Shown one piece after another: positions 37,450 through 47,237 of a stretch of DNA of 64,000 bases. The notes beneath the pieces are model-generated. The model had not been told where the DNA came from and made no database searches. It saw nothing but the letters and a program-made list of their open reading frames with translations. The DNA lies in the NCBI GenBank assembly GCA_947085535.1, contig CAMTWV010000002.1, forward strand, positions 94,199 to 158,198, read 5' to 3'. The DNA comes from an uncultured Actinomycetes bacterium. Its GTDB lineage: Bacteria > Actinomycetota > Aquicultoria > Subteraquimicrobiales > CAMTWV01. Within the stretch, counting starts at the first letter, position 1, and each line of letters starts with the position of its first letter. Made by a program: the position numbers and the translations under genes.

Positions 37450-38045
37450 TCTCGACCTATTAAAGCAATTCTGTGAGGGGGCCAGTAAGTTAAAATTGCT
37501 TTTCCAATTATTGTGTCTTTATCTATGGGTCCGAAAATTCGACTGTCCTGACTGCTTGGACGGTTATCTCCCATCACAAATAATTTGTCTTCAGGGATAG
37601 TTATAGGTCCAAAGTTGCTCAAATCAGGCATATTAATCAAATAAGGTTCATCAATTTTTTTGCCGTTGATGTAAACAATGCCACTTTTAACCTCAATAGC
37701 TTCGCCCTCAGTAGCGATAACTCGTTTAATGTAGTCTTTGTGAGAGTCAAAGGGTGCTTCAAAAACAATGATATCGCTTCTTTTGGGTTCTCCTAGCCAG
37801 TAGGAAAATCTGGCGACTAATACACGGTCGCCGGGGTAAAAAGTGGGTTCCATTGAACTACTTGGAATCATGAACGGTTGAACAATAATGGTTTTAAGCA
37901 AAAAAGCTAAAATGTAGGCAATTACGAGGATAAAGAAGACTTCTTTTATAAATACCCAGACTAAGTTAACAGGTCTTTCAGATTTGGTTTGTTCAAAAGA
38001 ATCAGAACCAGACTCCTCAAAATCTTCTTCGTTATTCAAATCCAC
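37446..38045 (-). CDS. lepB: signal peptidase I
   Basis: SSSMEPTF (Ser box), KR box, GDNR box. Confidence 0.9.
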   Translation of the reverse strand: MDLNNEEDFEESGSDSFEQTKSERPVNLVWVFIKEVFFILVIAYILAFLLKTIIVQPFMIPSSSMEPTFYPGDRVLVARFSYWLGEPKRSDIIVFEAPFDSHKDYIKRVIATEGEAIEVKSGIVYINGKKIDEPYLINMPDLSNFGPITIPEDKLFVMGDNRPSSQDSRIFGPIDKDTIIGKAILTYWPPHRIALIGRE

Positions 38046-38057
38046 GCTTTCCTTTCC

Positions 38058-38408
38058 TTAAGAGTCCTGTCTTTTTTCTTTAATTCGAGATGCTTTGCCA
38101 ATTTTTTCACGCAGGTAATAAAGTCGGGCTCGTCGTACTTTTCCTTTCGTTGAAACTTCAATTTTGGAAATTCGGGGGGAATGCAGTGGGAATGTTTTCT
38201 CTACCCCTACACCAAAAGAAATTTTTCTTACCGTGAAGGTTGATTTAATTCCACTTCCCTGTTTTCTGATGACTGTGCCTTGAAAGACTTGAATTCTTTC
38301 ACGGCCACTTTCACTGATTTTGTAGTGGACTTTAACTGTATCGCCTGTATCAAAAACAGGCAAATCTTGTCTCATATTCTCTTTTTCGTAAACATCGATT
38401 TCCTGCAT
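38058..38408 (-). CDS. rplS: 50S ribosomal protein L19
   Basis: 116 aa, [13 protein letters not shown]...GKVRRAKLYYLR. Confidence 0.9.
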   Translation of the reverse strand: MQEIDVYEKENMRQDLPVFDTGDTVKVHYKISESGRERIQVFQGTVIRKQGSGIKSTFTVRKISFGVGVEKTFPLHSPRISKIEVSTKGKVRRARLYYLREKIGKASRIKEKRQDS

Positions 38409-38470
38409 CGTAGTCGCCTCCTTAAATCAAACAAAGTCGAATTATAACACAGTTCATTTTGGATTAAAAG

Positions 38471-39214
38471 TTATTTTGAGATTAGCCCTTTTATTTCTTT
38501 AAGGATTTCTTTCTCTTCTTCAGTTAAGGAGTCTTCGTAAATTAAATCAGGACGTCTTGCAAGTGTCTTTTCTAAAGATTTGCGTATTCGCCACTTCCTT
38601 ATAGCTTCATGATGACCACTTATGAGAATCTCAGGCACTGCCCAGCCTTGCCATTCGCGAGGACGAGTATATTGGGGGTATTCCAGAAGACCGCGGGTAA
38701 ATGTTTCTTCGGCAAGAGACTCACGTTTGCCGAGCACTCCAGGAACTAAACGAATAACACTGTCAACTAACGCCATAGCTGCATATTCTCCTCCTGAAAG
38801 AATATAATCCCCAATTGAAATTTCATCAGTTGCCAGATTTTCGTGGACTCTTTCGTCAATTCCCTCATATCTTCCGCAAAGAACAATAAGGTGCTTTTCT
38901 CTTGATAGCTCTTCGGCTAAACGTTGATTAAAAGGTTTGCCCTGGGGGGTAAGTAAAATAACTCTTGGTTTTCCTGAAATTGAATTTTTAGAGATGGATT
39001 CAACAGCTTCAAAAAATGGCCCAGGTTTCATAACCATACCAAAACCTCCGCCATAAGGTGCATCATCAATTTGAGAATGCTTATTATGCACATAATCTCG
39101 CAGATTATGTAACTTAACATCAACAAGCTTTTTTTCAAGAGCTATTTTAATAACGCCCTCTTTCAGGGTTGACTCAAACATTTGAGGGAAAATAGTGATG
39201 ATATCGATTTTCAT
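38471..39214 (-). CDS. trmD: tRNA (guanine37-N1)-methyltransferase
   Basis: MKIDIITIFPQMF start (internal to the track ORF). SPOUT knot motifs. Confidence 0.9.
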   Translation of the reverse strand: MKIDIITIFPQMFESTLKEGVIKIALEKKLVDVKLHNLRDYVHNKHSQIDDAPYGGGFGMVMKPGPFFEAVESISKNSISGKPRVILLTPQGKPFNQRLAEELSREKHLIVLCGRYEGIDERVHENLATDEISIGDYILSGGEYAAMALVDSVIRLVPGVLGKRESLAEETFTRGLLEYPQYTRPREWQGWAVPEILISGHHEAIRKWRIRKSLEKTLARRPDLIYEDSLTEEEKEILKEIKGLISK

Positions 39215-39224
39215 AGAAGTACTC

Positions 39225-39734
39225 CTAAAATAAGCCTGGTATCCTTGACACAACCATTCGTTTTCGTTTTAAGTCAATTTTTTTAATTACTTCTTTAATG
39301 GCAGGTATTAAAATTTCGGTTTGTTCATTCGAAATCACGTAAACATCATTTGCCGGCGTTTTTATTATCTCCTTGATTATACCAAGAAGTTCGCCTTCTT
39401 CCGTAAAAACATCAAGACCAATGATTTGGTAAATCCAGAAGTGTCCTTTGGGCAATTTTTTTGTTTCGTTAGACGGGACTTCGAGCCAATATTCGACAAT
39501 TTCATTTGCTTCGCCTCGATTATTAATTTCTTCAAATTTAACCAGTCCGAAATCGCCCCTAAAAGAAGCATGTTCAACTTTGAGGGTTTGATATTTGCCG
39601 TGTGGCGGATAAACATAGAATATTTGTCCTTTGGCAAATCTTTCAGGAAAATCTGTGTGGCTTGCCACTTTAGTCAAGCCTTTTGTGCCATGAACAGAAA
39701 CAATTTTACCGACAGCTATGAACTCATCAGCCAT
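39225..39734 (-). CDS. rimM: 16S rRNA processing protein RimM
   Basis: FIAVGKIVSVHGTKG...PRZ barrel. 169 aa. Confidence 0.85.
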   Translation of the reverse strand: MADEFIAVGKIVSVHGTKGLTKVASHTDFPERFAKGQIFYVYPPHGKYQTLKVEHASFRGDFGLVKFEEINNRGEANEIVEYWLEVPSNETKKLPKGHFWIYQIIGLDVFTEEGELLGIIKEIIKTPANDVYVISNEQTEILIPAIKEVIKKIDLKRKRMVVSRIPGLF

Positions 39735-39780
39735 ACTATCATTATTAATTGTAAATTGAAAATTGTAAATTGTAAAAAAC

Positions 39781-39867
39781 AGTTAGCAGATGGCAGATAG
39801 CTTATGGGAGAGGGATTAGTGAAGAGAGAGGAGTCTGGAGGAAAAAATCTTTTAGTATCCCTTTAGA
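39781..39867 (-). repeat. Copy D (inverted orientation) of the pyrimidine-rich interspersed repeat
   Basis: The reverse complement reads gtctaaagggatactaaaagattttttcctccagactcctctctcttcactaatccctctcccataagctatctgcc, about 90% identical to 317-385. Confidence 0.7.
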
Positions 39868-39872
39868 CTTCC

Positions 39873-39899
39873 TGCCTGCCCTGTCTGCCGACAGGCAGG
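39873..39899. repeat. GC-rich hairpin GCCTGCC(C)TGTC-TGCC-GACAGGCAGGC adjacent to repeat copy D
   Basis: About 11-bp stem with one bulge. Shares the 19-mer TGTCTGCCGACAGGCAGG with 1183-1200. Resembles the CCTGCCCGCC...GGCGGGCAGG stem at 8535-8597. Confidence 0.55.
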
Positions 39900-40035
39900 C
39901 ATCAGACACGGTAGACCCATCCCTTTTCCCTAAATTAACTGGAAGCTGGTAACTGTGCTATTAGCTATCGAGGCTGTAAAGCTGAGCTATGTCGCTATGT
40001 CGAGAGACGATTGAAATAAAGAAGGCGGATAAAAA

Positions 40036-40266
40036 TCAATCGATAATTTCAACAATTGCTCTTTTGTTTTCTTTAGCTGCGGCAGCTCCCACAATTACTC
40101 TAAGGGCTTTAGCTATCCTTCCCTCTTTACCGATTACTTTACCAATGTCGTCGGGAGCAACTTTTAATTGCAAAATGACAGATTTCGCACCTTCTACTAT
40201 GCTAACATCAACTTCCTCGGGAGTGTCCACAAGCGCTCGGGCTAACGTCTCTAACAGTTCTTTCAA
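40036..40266 (-). CDS. KH-domain RNA-binding protein (YlqC/UPF0109)
   Basis: 76 aa, VIGKEGRIAKALRVI GXXG loop. Confidence 0.85.
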   Translation of the reverse strand: MKELLETLARALVDTPEEVDVSIVEGAKSVILQLKVAPDDIGKVIGKEGRIAKALRVIVGAAAAKENKRAIVEIID

Positions 40267-40320
40267 CTCAGCACCTCCTATTCTTTCTCAACGGGTTTCG
40301 CTTTGGTTGACGCCTTGGAT

Positions 40321-40677
40321 TTAGACGGTTTTTTTTGCCTCAACAGTCTTTTTTGCTGGAGCTTTTTTAGCGGTAACTTTTTCTTCTGGCAACTTTTCTT
40401 TTGACTCTACTTTCTTTTCTACTTTTTTTGTAGGAAGAGCTATATTTGCAATTTTAAGCAGCTTTTCCACTGTATTAGTAGGTTTCGCTCCTTGCGAAAG
40501 CCATAATAACGCTCTTTCTTCATCCATTTTCACAAAGGAGGGTTCTTGCCTCGGATCATATTGACCAATGATTTCGATAAATCTACCATCTCTCGGCATC
40601 CGAGAATCTGCTATAACAACACGGTAAAATGGCTTATTCTTGCTGCCCCCTCTGCTTAATCTGATTTTGACTGCCAA
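40321..40677 (-). CDS. rpsP: 30S ribosomal protein S16 with Lys/Ala-rich C-terminal tail
   Basis: [21 protein letters not shown]... plus about 40-aa [12 protein letters not shown]...[16 protein letters not shown] extension. Confidence 0.9.
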   Translation of the reverse strand: MAVKIRLSRGGSKNKPFYRVVIADSRMPRDGRFIEIIGQYDPRQEPSFVKMDEERALLWLSQGAKPTNTVEKLLKIANIALPTKKVEKKVESKEKLPEEKVTAKKAPAKKTVEAKKTV

Positions 40678-40695
40678 TCACTCACCTCCTTATTC

Positions 40696-42030
40696 TTATT
40701 TCATAAACGGAAAAAACTTTTTACCAAAAGGTACACGATTAATTTTACCAAACTGTTTCACTATTTTACGCATTTGTTCAAATTGTTTCAATAACTGATT
40801 TACATCCTGAATGGTTACACCACTTCCCTGCGCAATCCGAGCTCGTCTGTTTCCGTTTAAGATGTTTGAATTTTTTCTTTCCTCTGGCGTCATCGATTGG
40901 ATGATTGCCTGAGTACGCACAAAATATTTTTCATCTACTCGGGTATCATTGCTTTTTAATTTATCTAAACCGGGAAGCATTTCAAAAATCTGGTTAACAG
41001 GACCCATTTTCCTCAAGTCTTCAATTTGACTTAAAAAATCTTCCAAAGTTAGCTCTTGCTTTTTTAATTTATCTTCAATTTGTTTAGCTTTTTCGAGGTC
41101 GATTACCTCTTCAGCTTTTTCTACGAGTGTAAGAACATCGCCAAATCCTAAAATACGAGAGGCAATTCTATCAGGATAAAATATTTGCAAGCTATTAGAT
41201 TTTTCTCCAAAGCTAGCAAAATAAATTGGTTTTCCTGTGATGGATTTAACTGAAAGAGCAGCTCCACCGCGGGCATCACCATCAAGTTTGGTCATAATTA
41301 ATCCGTCTATTCCCACTTGCTCATTAAACGAAGAAGCAATATTTACAGCATCTTGACCTGTCATGGCATCGACAACCAAAAGTATGTAATGCGGGTGAAC
41401 CTCCTGTTTTATTCTAAGAAGCTCGTCTAACATTTCTTTATCAATATGAAGACGTCCAGCAGTATCTAAAATTACCGCGTCATAAAAGCCTGAAGAGGCT
41501 TCGCTTACTCCCTTTCGGGCAATTTCAACAGGAGATGTTTTTGGTCCCAATGAAAAAAATGGAACAGAAATTTCTTCACACAAAGTTTTTAGCTGGTCAA
41601 TAGCTGCGGGACGATAAATATCTGCTGCTATTAATAGAGTCTTTTTGTTTTGTTTTTTTAAAAAGTAAGCCAACTTTGCTGCTGTTGAAGTTTTTCCTGA
41701 ACCTTGAAGTCCGACAAGCATAAAAATGGTGGGCGGTTTAGAGGAGTAAGAAACTTTTTGAGGTGTGTTTCCCAGTAGCTCCACAAGTTCATCATGAACA
41801 ATTTTTATTATTTGTTGAGAAGGAGTCAGGCTTTTTGTAATTTCAGTTTTTTCTATTTTTCCTCTGATGTTTGAAATAAAATCTTTGACAACTTTAAAAT
41901 TGACATCGGCTTCGAGCAAAGCCAGTCGAATTTCTCTCAAGGTCTCATCAATGTCTTTTTCATTAATAAAACCGCGACTGCGAAGCTTTCGAAAAGTTTC
42001 ATTTAATCGTGAGGATAAGAGGTCAAACAA
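40696..42030 (-). CDS. ffh: signal recognition particle protein Ffh
   Basis: N, G (GLQGSGKTST, DTAGR) and Met-rich M domains. Confidence 0.95.
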   Translation of the reverse strand: MFDLLSSRLNETFRKLRSRGFINEKDIDETLREIRLALLEADVNFKVVKDFISNIRGKIEKTEITKSLTPSQQIIKIVHDELVELLGNTPQKVSYSSKPPTIFMLVGLQGSGKTSTAAKLAYFLKKQNKKTLLIAADIYRPAAIDQLKTLCEEISVPFFSLGPKTSPVEIARKGVSEASSGFYDAVILDTAGRLHIDKEMLDELLRIKQEVHPHYILLVVDAMTGQDAVNIASSFNEQVGIDGLIMTKLDGDARGGAALSVKSITGKPIYFASFGEKSNSLQIFYPDRIASRILGFGDVLTLVEKAEEVIDLEKAKQIEDKLKKQELTLEDFLSQIEDLRKMGPVNQIFEMLPGLDKLKSNDTRVDEKYFVRTQAIIQSMTPEERKNSNILNGNRRARIAQGSGVTIQDVNQLLKQFEQMRKIVKQFGKINRVPFGKKFFPFMK

Positions 42031-42044
42031 AGTCGTCTCCTTAT

Positions 42045-42971
42045 TTACTCTGACAAGAGGGCTTCCGTGAATTCATCAGGATTAAATTCACGCAAATCTT
42101 CCAAGCCCTCACCTATGCCAATTAGTTTAATGGGTATTTTTAGTTCGTCCTGAATAGCTATAACTATGCCGCCTCTGGCTGTACCGTCAAGCTTAGTCAG
42201 AATTATTCCATCAATACCCAGAGTTTCTTGAAAAACTTTTGCCTGGGTAATTCCGTTGTGTCCTGTCGTAGCATCAACCACAAGAAGTGTTTTTAAGTTC
42301 GCCTTGGGTGCCTCGCATTCAATTATGCGTTTAACCTTTTTTAGTTCTTCCATTAAATTTAAATAAGTATGCAGTCTTCCGGCCGTATCGATTAATAAAA
42401 CATTTGCTTTTCGGGCAAGTGCAGCGTGTACAGCATCAAAAGCTACAGCCGAAGGATTAGCGCCGCGTTTATGGCAAACACACTCAATGTCTAATTTTTT
42501 TGCCCAGACTTGAAGCTGTTCAATAGCAGCAGCCCTAAAAGTATCCGATGCGCAAAGTATTGGTTTTAAGTTTTTTTGCTTCACCTGATGGGCCATTTTT
42601 GCAATGGTAGTGGTTTTACCTGTGCCATTAACTCCCACAATTAAGAAGACATTTAGCTGATTGTCCTTTAAAAGTACATCCTCTTCCTTTCTTAAAATGG
42701 TTATTAATTCCCCCTTTAGATACTCCAAAATTTCCGGAGGATTTTTTAATTCGCCTCTTTTAACTTTCTCTTTTAAGTTGGAGACAAGCTTTATAGTAGT
42801 AGTCACACCTACATCAGCCCCAAGGAGTATTTCTTCGACTTTTTCCCAAACATGTTCTTCGAAACGAGTAAGTCGAGGAAAAATAGAAGAAAGCTCATGC
42901 GTAAGATTCTCGCGACTTTTTCTCAATCTTCTCTTAAGTTTTTCAAACAATTTTTCATCGGTAATTTTCAT
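42045..42971 (-). CDS. ftsY: SRP receptor FtsY (short, NG domains only)
   Basis: GVNGTGKTTT, DTAGR, TKLDG motifs. 308 aa. Confidence 0.9.
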   Translation of the reverse strand: MKITDEKLFEKLKRRLRKSRENLTHELSSIFPRLTRFEEHVWEKVEEILLGADVGVTTTIKLVSNLKEKVKRGELKNPPEILEYLKGELITILRKEEDVLLKDNQLNVFLIVGVNGTGKTTTIAKMAHQVKQKNLKPILCASDTFRAAAIEQLQVWAKKLDIECVCHKRGANPSAVAFDAVHAALARKANVLLIDTAGRLHTYLNLMEELKKVKRIIECEAPKANLKTLLVVDATTGHNGITQAKVFQETLGIDGIILTKLDGTARGGIVIAIQDELKIPIKLIGIGEGLEDLREFNPDEFTEALLSE

Positions 42972-45900
42972 ACTGCTTCACGCTCAGCGTTAAGTTTTTG
43001 TGAAATCAGTTTGGAAACACCATCAGCCTGCATGGTTGTGCCATAAATTGTGTCAGCCATTTCCATGGTTCGTTGCTGATGGGTGATGATTAGAAACTGA
43101 GTTTTGTCCTTTAACCTTAATAAAAGATTAATGAAGCGCTGAAGATTAGCTTCATCCAGAGACGCTTCAACTTCATCAAGGATGTAAAATGGGCTAGGCC
43201 TTGTAAAGTATAGGGCAAACAAGAAAGCTAAAGCAGCGAGTGCGGTTTCGCCCCCTGACAAAAGAGAAAGTTTCTGAAGTTTTTTCCCTTGCGGCTGAAT
43301 CTGTATCTCAATTCCTGACTCAAGAAGATTATCTTCTTTTTCTAAAACAATCTCAGCTTTTCCACCGGGAAATAAATAAGAAAAAACGGATTGGAAATTC
43401 TTATTAACTTCAACAAGAGTTTGGGCAAATTTTTCTTTTATTTTTTCATCTATTGCTCTGGTGACTTTTTCTAAAGCTTTTTTGCTATGCGATAAGTCAT
43501 TTATTTGTTCGTTCAAGAATTCATAACGCTCATCAAGCTCTTTAAATTCCTCAAGCGCCATGGGATTAACAGGACCCAGACTGCTTATTTTGCGCTTAAT
43601 TTCGCCAATTTTAGTCTGGCACTCAGAGTAAGAAATTTTTAGAGGATAATTTTCAAGTGCTTTCTCGAGCGGCGTATCGTATTCATCGACAATTTTTTCA
43701 ACAGCTGAGGTGATTTGTCCTTCCAACTGCACCCGACTTAATTCTTTTAAGCGTAAATCTTCTTGAAGTGTCTCTTTTTTTGCCTCGCATCCCTCTTTTT
43801 CTTCTTTAAGTTTTTTGAAAGCCCGCCTGATTTCTTCAAAGAATGTTTCATCCCCTGAAGCAATATCAGTCAGTTTCGCCGCCCACCAGTTTCCTTTTTC
43901 GTATAGGGCGGTAAAGAGCTCATAAGTGGGTTGTATGCGACCGACTAAAACTTCAAGCGCTTGAGAAATTTTGTGTTCGGATTCAGTTAAACTTTCAATT
44001 TCTCTTAAATCCTGATTTAATTTTTCTTTTTGCTGGTTTAGATGATTTTTTTGATTGACCAGCGATTTTAAATTAACTTCATTTTCCATTATTTTATGGC
44101 TGAGAGTAAGTTCTTCTTTATGGTTTGCATTTAATTCAACTTTGAAAACCTGGAGAGCTTCCTTTGCTTCATCTATTTTTGCTACAATATTTTTACTTTC
44201 TTTTGAGAAATTTTCTTTTGTGGTTTTGTCAATCTTTATTTCTTCACCAAGTTTATTTGACTCATTTTCAGCTTTTACTAAGTTATCTTTAAGCTTAATT
44301 AAGTCAGCCTCAAAATTGTGTATAGTCACTTTAAGAATTTCAATTTGAGAAGACTCATTGTTTAGCTTTTGTTGATATGAAGCTAAATTTTCTTTTGTTT
44401 GAGCGAGCCTTTCTTTATCTTTTTTAATTTCTGCCTCTAAAGTTGAAATCCCATGAGTTAATTTATTTTTTTCATCTTCAAGTGCTGTAAGCTCTCTTTT
44501 TCTATTTAAGATTTCCGAGGAATTGTTGCCAGCGATATTCCCGTAGCTTATTTTAAATGGGCAAAACACTTTGCCATTAGTTGTAACAAAAGTTAAATCA
44601 GAGCTTGTTTTATCGCTTAAACAACTGTCTTCGTTGATCAAATAAATATCTCTGGTTAGATACTCAATCGCCGATTTAAATTTTTCGTTTATTTCAATAA
44701 CGTCGCTTAATTTTTGTCCATTTGATTTGTGAGTATCAGGCATAGGAAGATTATTTATTGGAAGAAAAGAGATACCGCCCTGAATCGAGTTTCTTCGAAT
44801 AAGCCCAAGAGCATTTAAAGCCGTTTCTTTTGTGTCGCAAAGCACTGTGAATAAGTCAGGACCTAAAGCTGCCTCCAAAGCTTGTTCAAATTTAGGGGAA
44901 ATTTTAATTAAATCAATAAGGCAACCTGCTATGCCTTGAGGTTTGTTTTCTTTTTTTAATAACCAAGCTACTGCCTCAGGATAACCGGTTAAGTTGTTGT
45001 TCATGCCTTGAAGAGCATTGCTTTTTGATTTGCATTCAGCTGATTTTATTTTTAAGTCAGATAACTTCACCAGATGATTGTCTAATTTAAGTTGAACCTT
45101 ATTTAGTTCCTCTTCTAATTGTTTTATTTCTTTCCGGGAGTTTTTAATGTTACCCTCAAACCCTTCTCTTTCTTTGCTTTTAGCTTCAATTAACTTATTT
45201 AGCTCACTTATTTTTGTGAGATTAGAATTTCTTTCCGAGTCGATGAGTTTTAATTTTTCTTCGTTAAGGGTAATTTTTCTGTCAATATCAGATAACTTGT
45301 GCTGAATTTCAGAAAGATAAGCAGTGTTTTTATTAAGCGTCTCTTCCAAATTTTCAATCGTTTCTTCCAGATTAGAGCTTTTCTTAGTTTGATTTTCTTG
45401 AGAATTTTTAAGTTCATTTAAAGTATTTTCAATATGGCTTATTTCTTCCTCTGTTTTTTTCTTTCTATCATTTGTTTCTGTTATCTCTTTGTTCTTTTGG
45501 GTCTTTTGTTTTTCAAGCCGGTAAATTTCCTGCCGAATCTCGCTCATTTTTTCAATTAAGTGTTTACCTTTTTCCTCTAAAAGCAACATACTGCTATGAA
45601 GTCTTTCCTGAATAGCAGCAAGATGTCTTCTTTGTTCACTTAAATTTCCGGTAAAAAGTCTTTTCTCCTCTAAAGAGATCTGAAACTCTTCAATTTGGGT
45701 TTCTTTTTGTTTAAATTCATTTTTAAAAGTTTCAAAGCTTTCTTTTAACTGCTTTTCCTCTAAATTAAGCTTTTCCCATCTCTTTTGCATCTCTTTTAAT
45801 TCGAAAATTGTCTGACTTAGCTCTAACGTTTTTAACTCGTCGGTCAGCTTCTGGTATTCTTGAGCTTTTTCCGCCTGAGATTTTATGGGTCTAAGTTGAC

Positions 45901-46501
45901 GATGTACTTCTTGAGAAATATCTCGAATTCTTGATAGAGTTTGCTCCATTGACTCCAATTTTTTAATTGCCTTTTCTTTCCTTTTCTTATACTTCAATAC
46001 ATGAGCAACTTCCTCAATTAGAAGCCTTTTTTCTTCTGGCTTACTGGTTAAAATTTCTTCTAATTTCCCCTGACTGATAACAGAGTGGCACTCCCTTCCC
46101 ATTGCGGAGTCAGATAATAATTCCTGGATATCAAACAGTCGGCAAGGGGAATTATTTATGAAGTACTCTGAATCACCTGAGCGAAACAGACGGCGGCTAA
46201 TTGTTACCTCAGAAAATTCCAGGGGTATACTTTTATCTGAATTATCCATACAAAGAGTAATCTCGGCTAAGCCTAATGCTGGACGAGCGCTACTACCAGC
46301 AAAAATTACATCTTCCATAGCAGTGCCTCTAAGCGAGCGTGGACTTTGCTCTCCCAGCACCCAGAGGACTGCATCAGAAATATTACTTTTGCCGCTGCCG
46401 TTTGGACCTGCAATTACAGTTATTCCTGGTTTAAACTTTAAAATTGTTTTATCAGCAAAGGATTTAAATCCTTTGAGCGTTAAAGATTTAAGATACATCA
46501 A
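42968..46501 (-). CDS. smc: chromosome segregation protein SMC
   Basis: Walker A GPNGSGKSN, long coiled coils, hinge, C-terminal LSGGE signature and Walker B. 1177 aa. Confidence 0.95.
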   Translation of the reverse strand: MMYLKSLTLKGFKSFADKTILKFKPGITVIAGPNGSGKSNISDAVLWVLGEQSPRSLRGTAMEDVIFAGSSARPALGLAEITLCMDNSDKSIPLEFSEVTISRRLFRSGDSEYFINNSPCRLFDIQELLSDSAMGRECHSVISQGKLEEILTSKPEEKRLLIEEVAHVLKYKKRKEKAIKKLESMEQTLSRIRDISQEVHRQLRPIKSQAEKAQEYQKLTDELKTLELSQTIFELKEMQKRWEKLNLEEKQLKESFETFKNEFKQKETQIEEFQISLEEKRLFTGNLSEQRRHLAAIQERLHSSMLLLEEKGKHLIEKMSEIRQEIYRLEKQKTQKNKEITETNDRKKKTEEEISHIENTLNELKNSQENQTKKSSNLEETIENLEETLNKNTAYLSEIQHKLSDIDRKITLNEEKLKLIDSERNSNLTKISELNKLIEAKSKEREGFEGNIKNSRKEIKQLEEELNKVQLKLDNHLVKLSDLKIKSAECKSKSNALQGMNNNLTGYPEAVAWLLKKENKPQGIAGCLIDLIKISPKFEQALEAALGPDLFTVLCDTKETALNALGLIRRNSIQGGISFLPINNLPMPDTHKSNGQKLSDVIEINEKFKSAIEYLTRDIYLINEDSCLSDKTSSDLTFVTTNGKVFCPFKISYGNIAGNNSSEILNRKRELTALEDEKNKLTHGISTLEAEIKKDKERLAQTKENLASYQQKLNNESSQIEILKVTIHNFEADLIKLKDNLVKAENESNKLGEEIKIDKTTKENFSKESKNIVAKIDEAKEALQVFKVELNANHKEELTLSHKIMENEVNLKSLVNQKNHLNQQKEKLNQDLREIESLTESEHKISQALEVLVGRIQPTYELFTALYEKGNWWAAKLTDIASGDETFFEEIRRAFKKLKEEKEGCEAKKETLQEDLRLKELSRVQLEGQITSAVEKIVDEYDTPLEKALENYPLKISYSECQTKIGEIKRKISSLGPVNPMALEEFKELDERYEFLNEQINDLSHSKKALEKVTRAIDEKIKEKFAQTLVEVNKNFQSVFSYLFPGGKAEIVLEKEDNLLESGIEIQIQPQGKKLQKLSLLSGGETALAALAFLFALYFTRPSPFYILDEVEASLDEANLQRFINLLLRLKDKTQFLIITHQQRTMEMADTIYGTTMQADGVSKLISQKLNAEREAV

Positions 46502-46523
46502 TGCCTCTTTGTCAAAGTTGATA

Positions 46524-47237
46524 TTATTTAATTATTTTTAAAGCTTTTAAGACTTCTTTAGCAGCTAACTGTTCAGCCTTCTTTTTACTGCCTGCTTTTC
46601 CCTGTTTTTTTATTTTCGAACCTATGTTTACCTCGACATGGTAAAGTCTATTATGTGGCGGACCTAATTCTGAAATAACTTTATATTCAGGCATAAGCTT
46701 AAATCTTTGAACAGCTTCTTCTTGCAGGGTTGTTTTAAAATCAAAAAACTTATTTTCGCTTGAAAGTTTTTCAATAACTTCGCCAAAGAGTTTTGTTAGA
46801 AACTTCTCCGCTTTCCTTAAACCCTGGTCGAGAAAGATAGCGCCAATAATAGCTTCAAAACAACCACTTAATATTGAAATATTTTCTTTAACCCCAGCGA
46901 GCTCAACACCCTTTCCGGTTTGCACAAAATTTTCCAGATTTAACTTTAGAGCTAATTCGTACAATGTCTCCGAGTTGACTGCTGCTGCTCGCAGTTTGGA
47001 CAGTTCACCCTCATTATAACTGGGGAATCTCGTGTAGATAAACTTGGTTATAGCAAAGTTAAGTACAGAATCCCCTAAAAACTCAAGTCTTTCATAGTTG
47101 TTAATTTTATCTTTAGACTCGAAAACAAACGAACGGTGTGTCAAAGCATTAGATAGAAGAGTTTTATCTTTAAATGAAACATTCAGAGCTTTTTCGGCTT
47201 GCTTAAGCAATTCAATTGAGATCATTTTTTTAATCAA
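46524..47237 (-). CDS. rnc: ribonuclease III
   Basis: ERLEFLGDSVL signature and C-terminal dsRBD. Confidence 0.9.
   Translation of the reverse strand: MIKKMISIELLKQAEKALNVSFKDKTLLSNALTHRSFVFESKDKINNYERLEFLGDSVLNFAITKFIYTRFPSYNEGELSKLRAAAVNSETLYELALKLNLENFVQTGKGVELAGVKENISILSGCFEAIIGAIFLDQGLRKAEKFLTKLFGEVIEKLSSENKFFDFKTTLQEEAVQRFKLMPEYKVISELGPPHNRLYHVEVNIGSKIKKQGKAGSKKKAEQLAAKEVLKALKIIK

Noticed and set aside
39321-39800. 159-aa plus-strand ORF, and 86-aa nested minus ORF 39377-39637
   Set aside because: Overlap rimM (conserved) in other frames. Translations are Phe/Asn/Ile-rich junk typical of AT-rich antisense frames.
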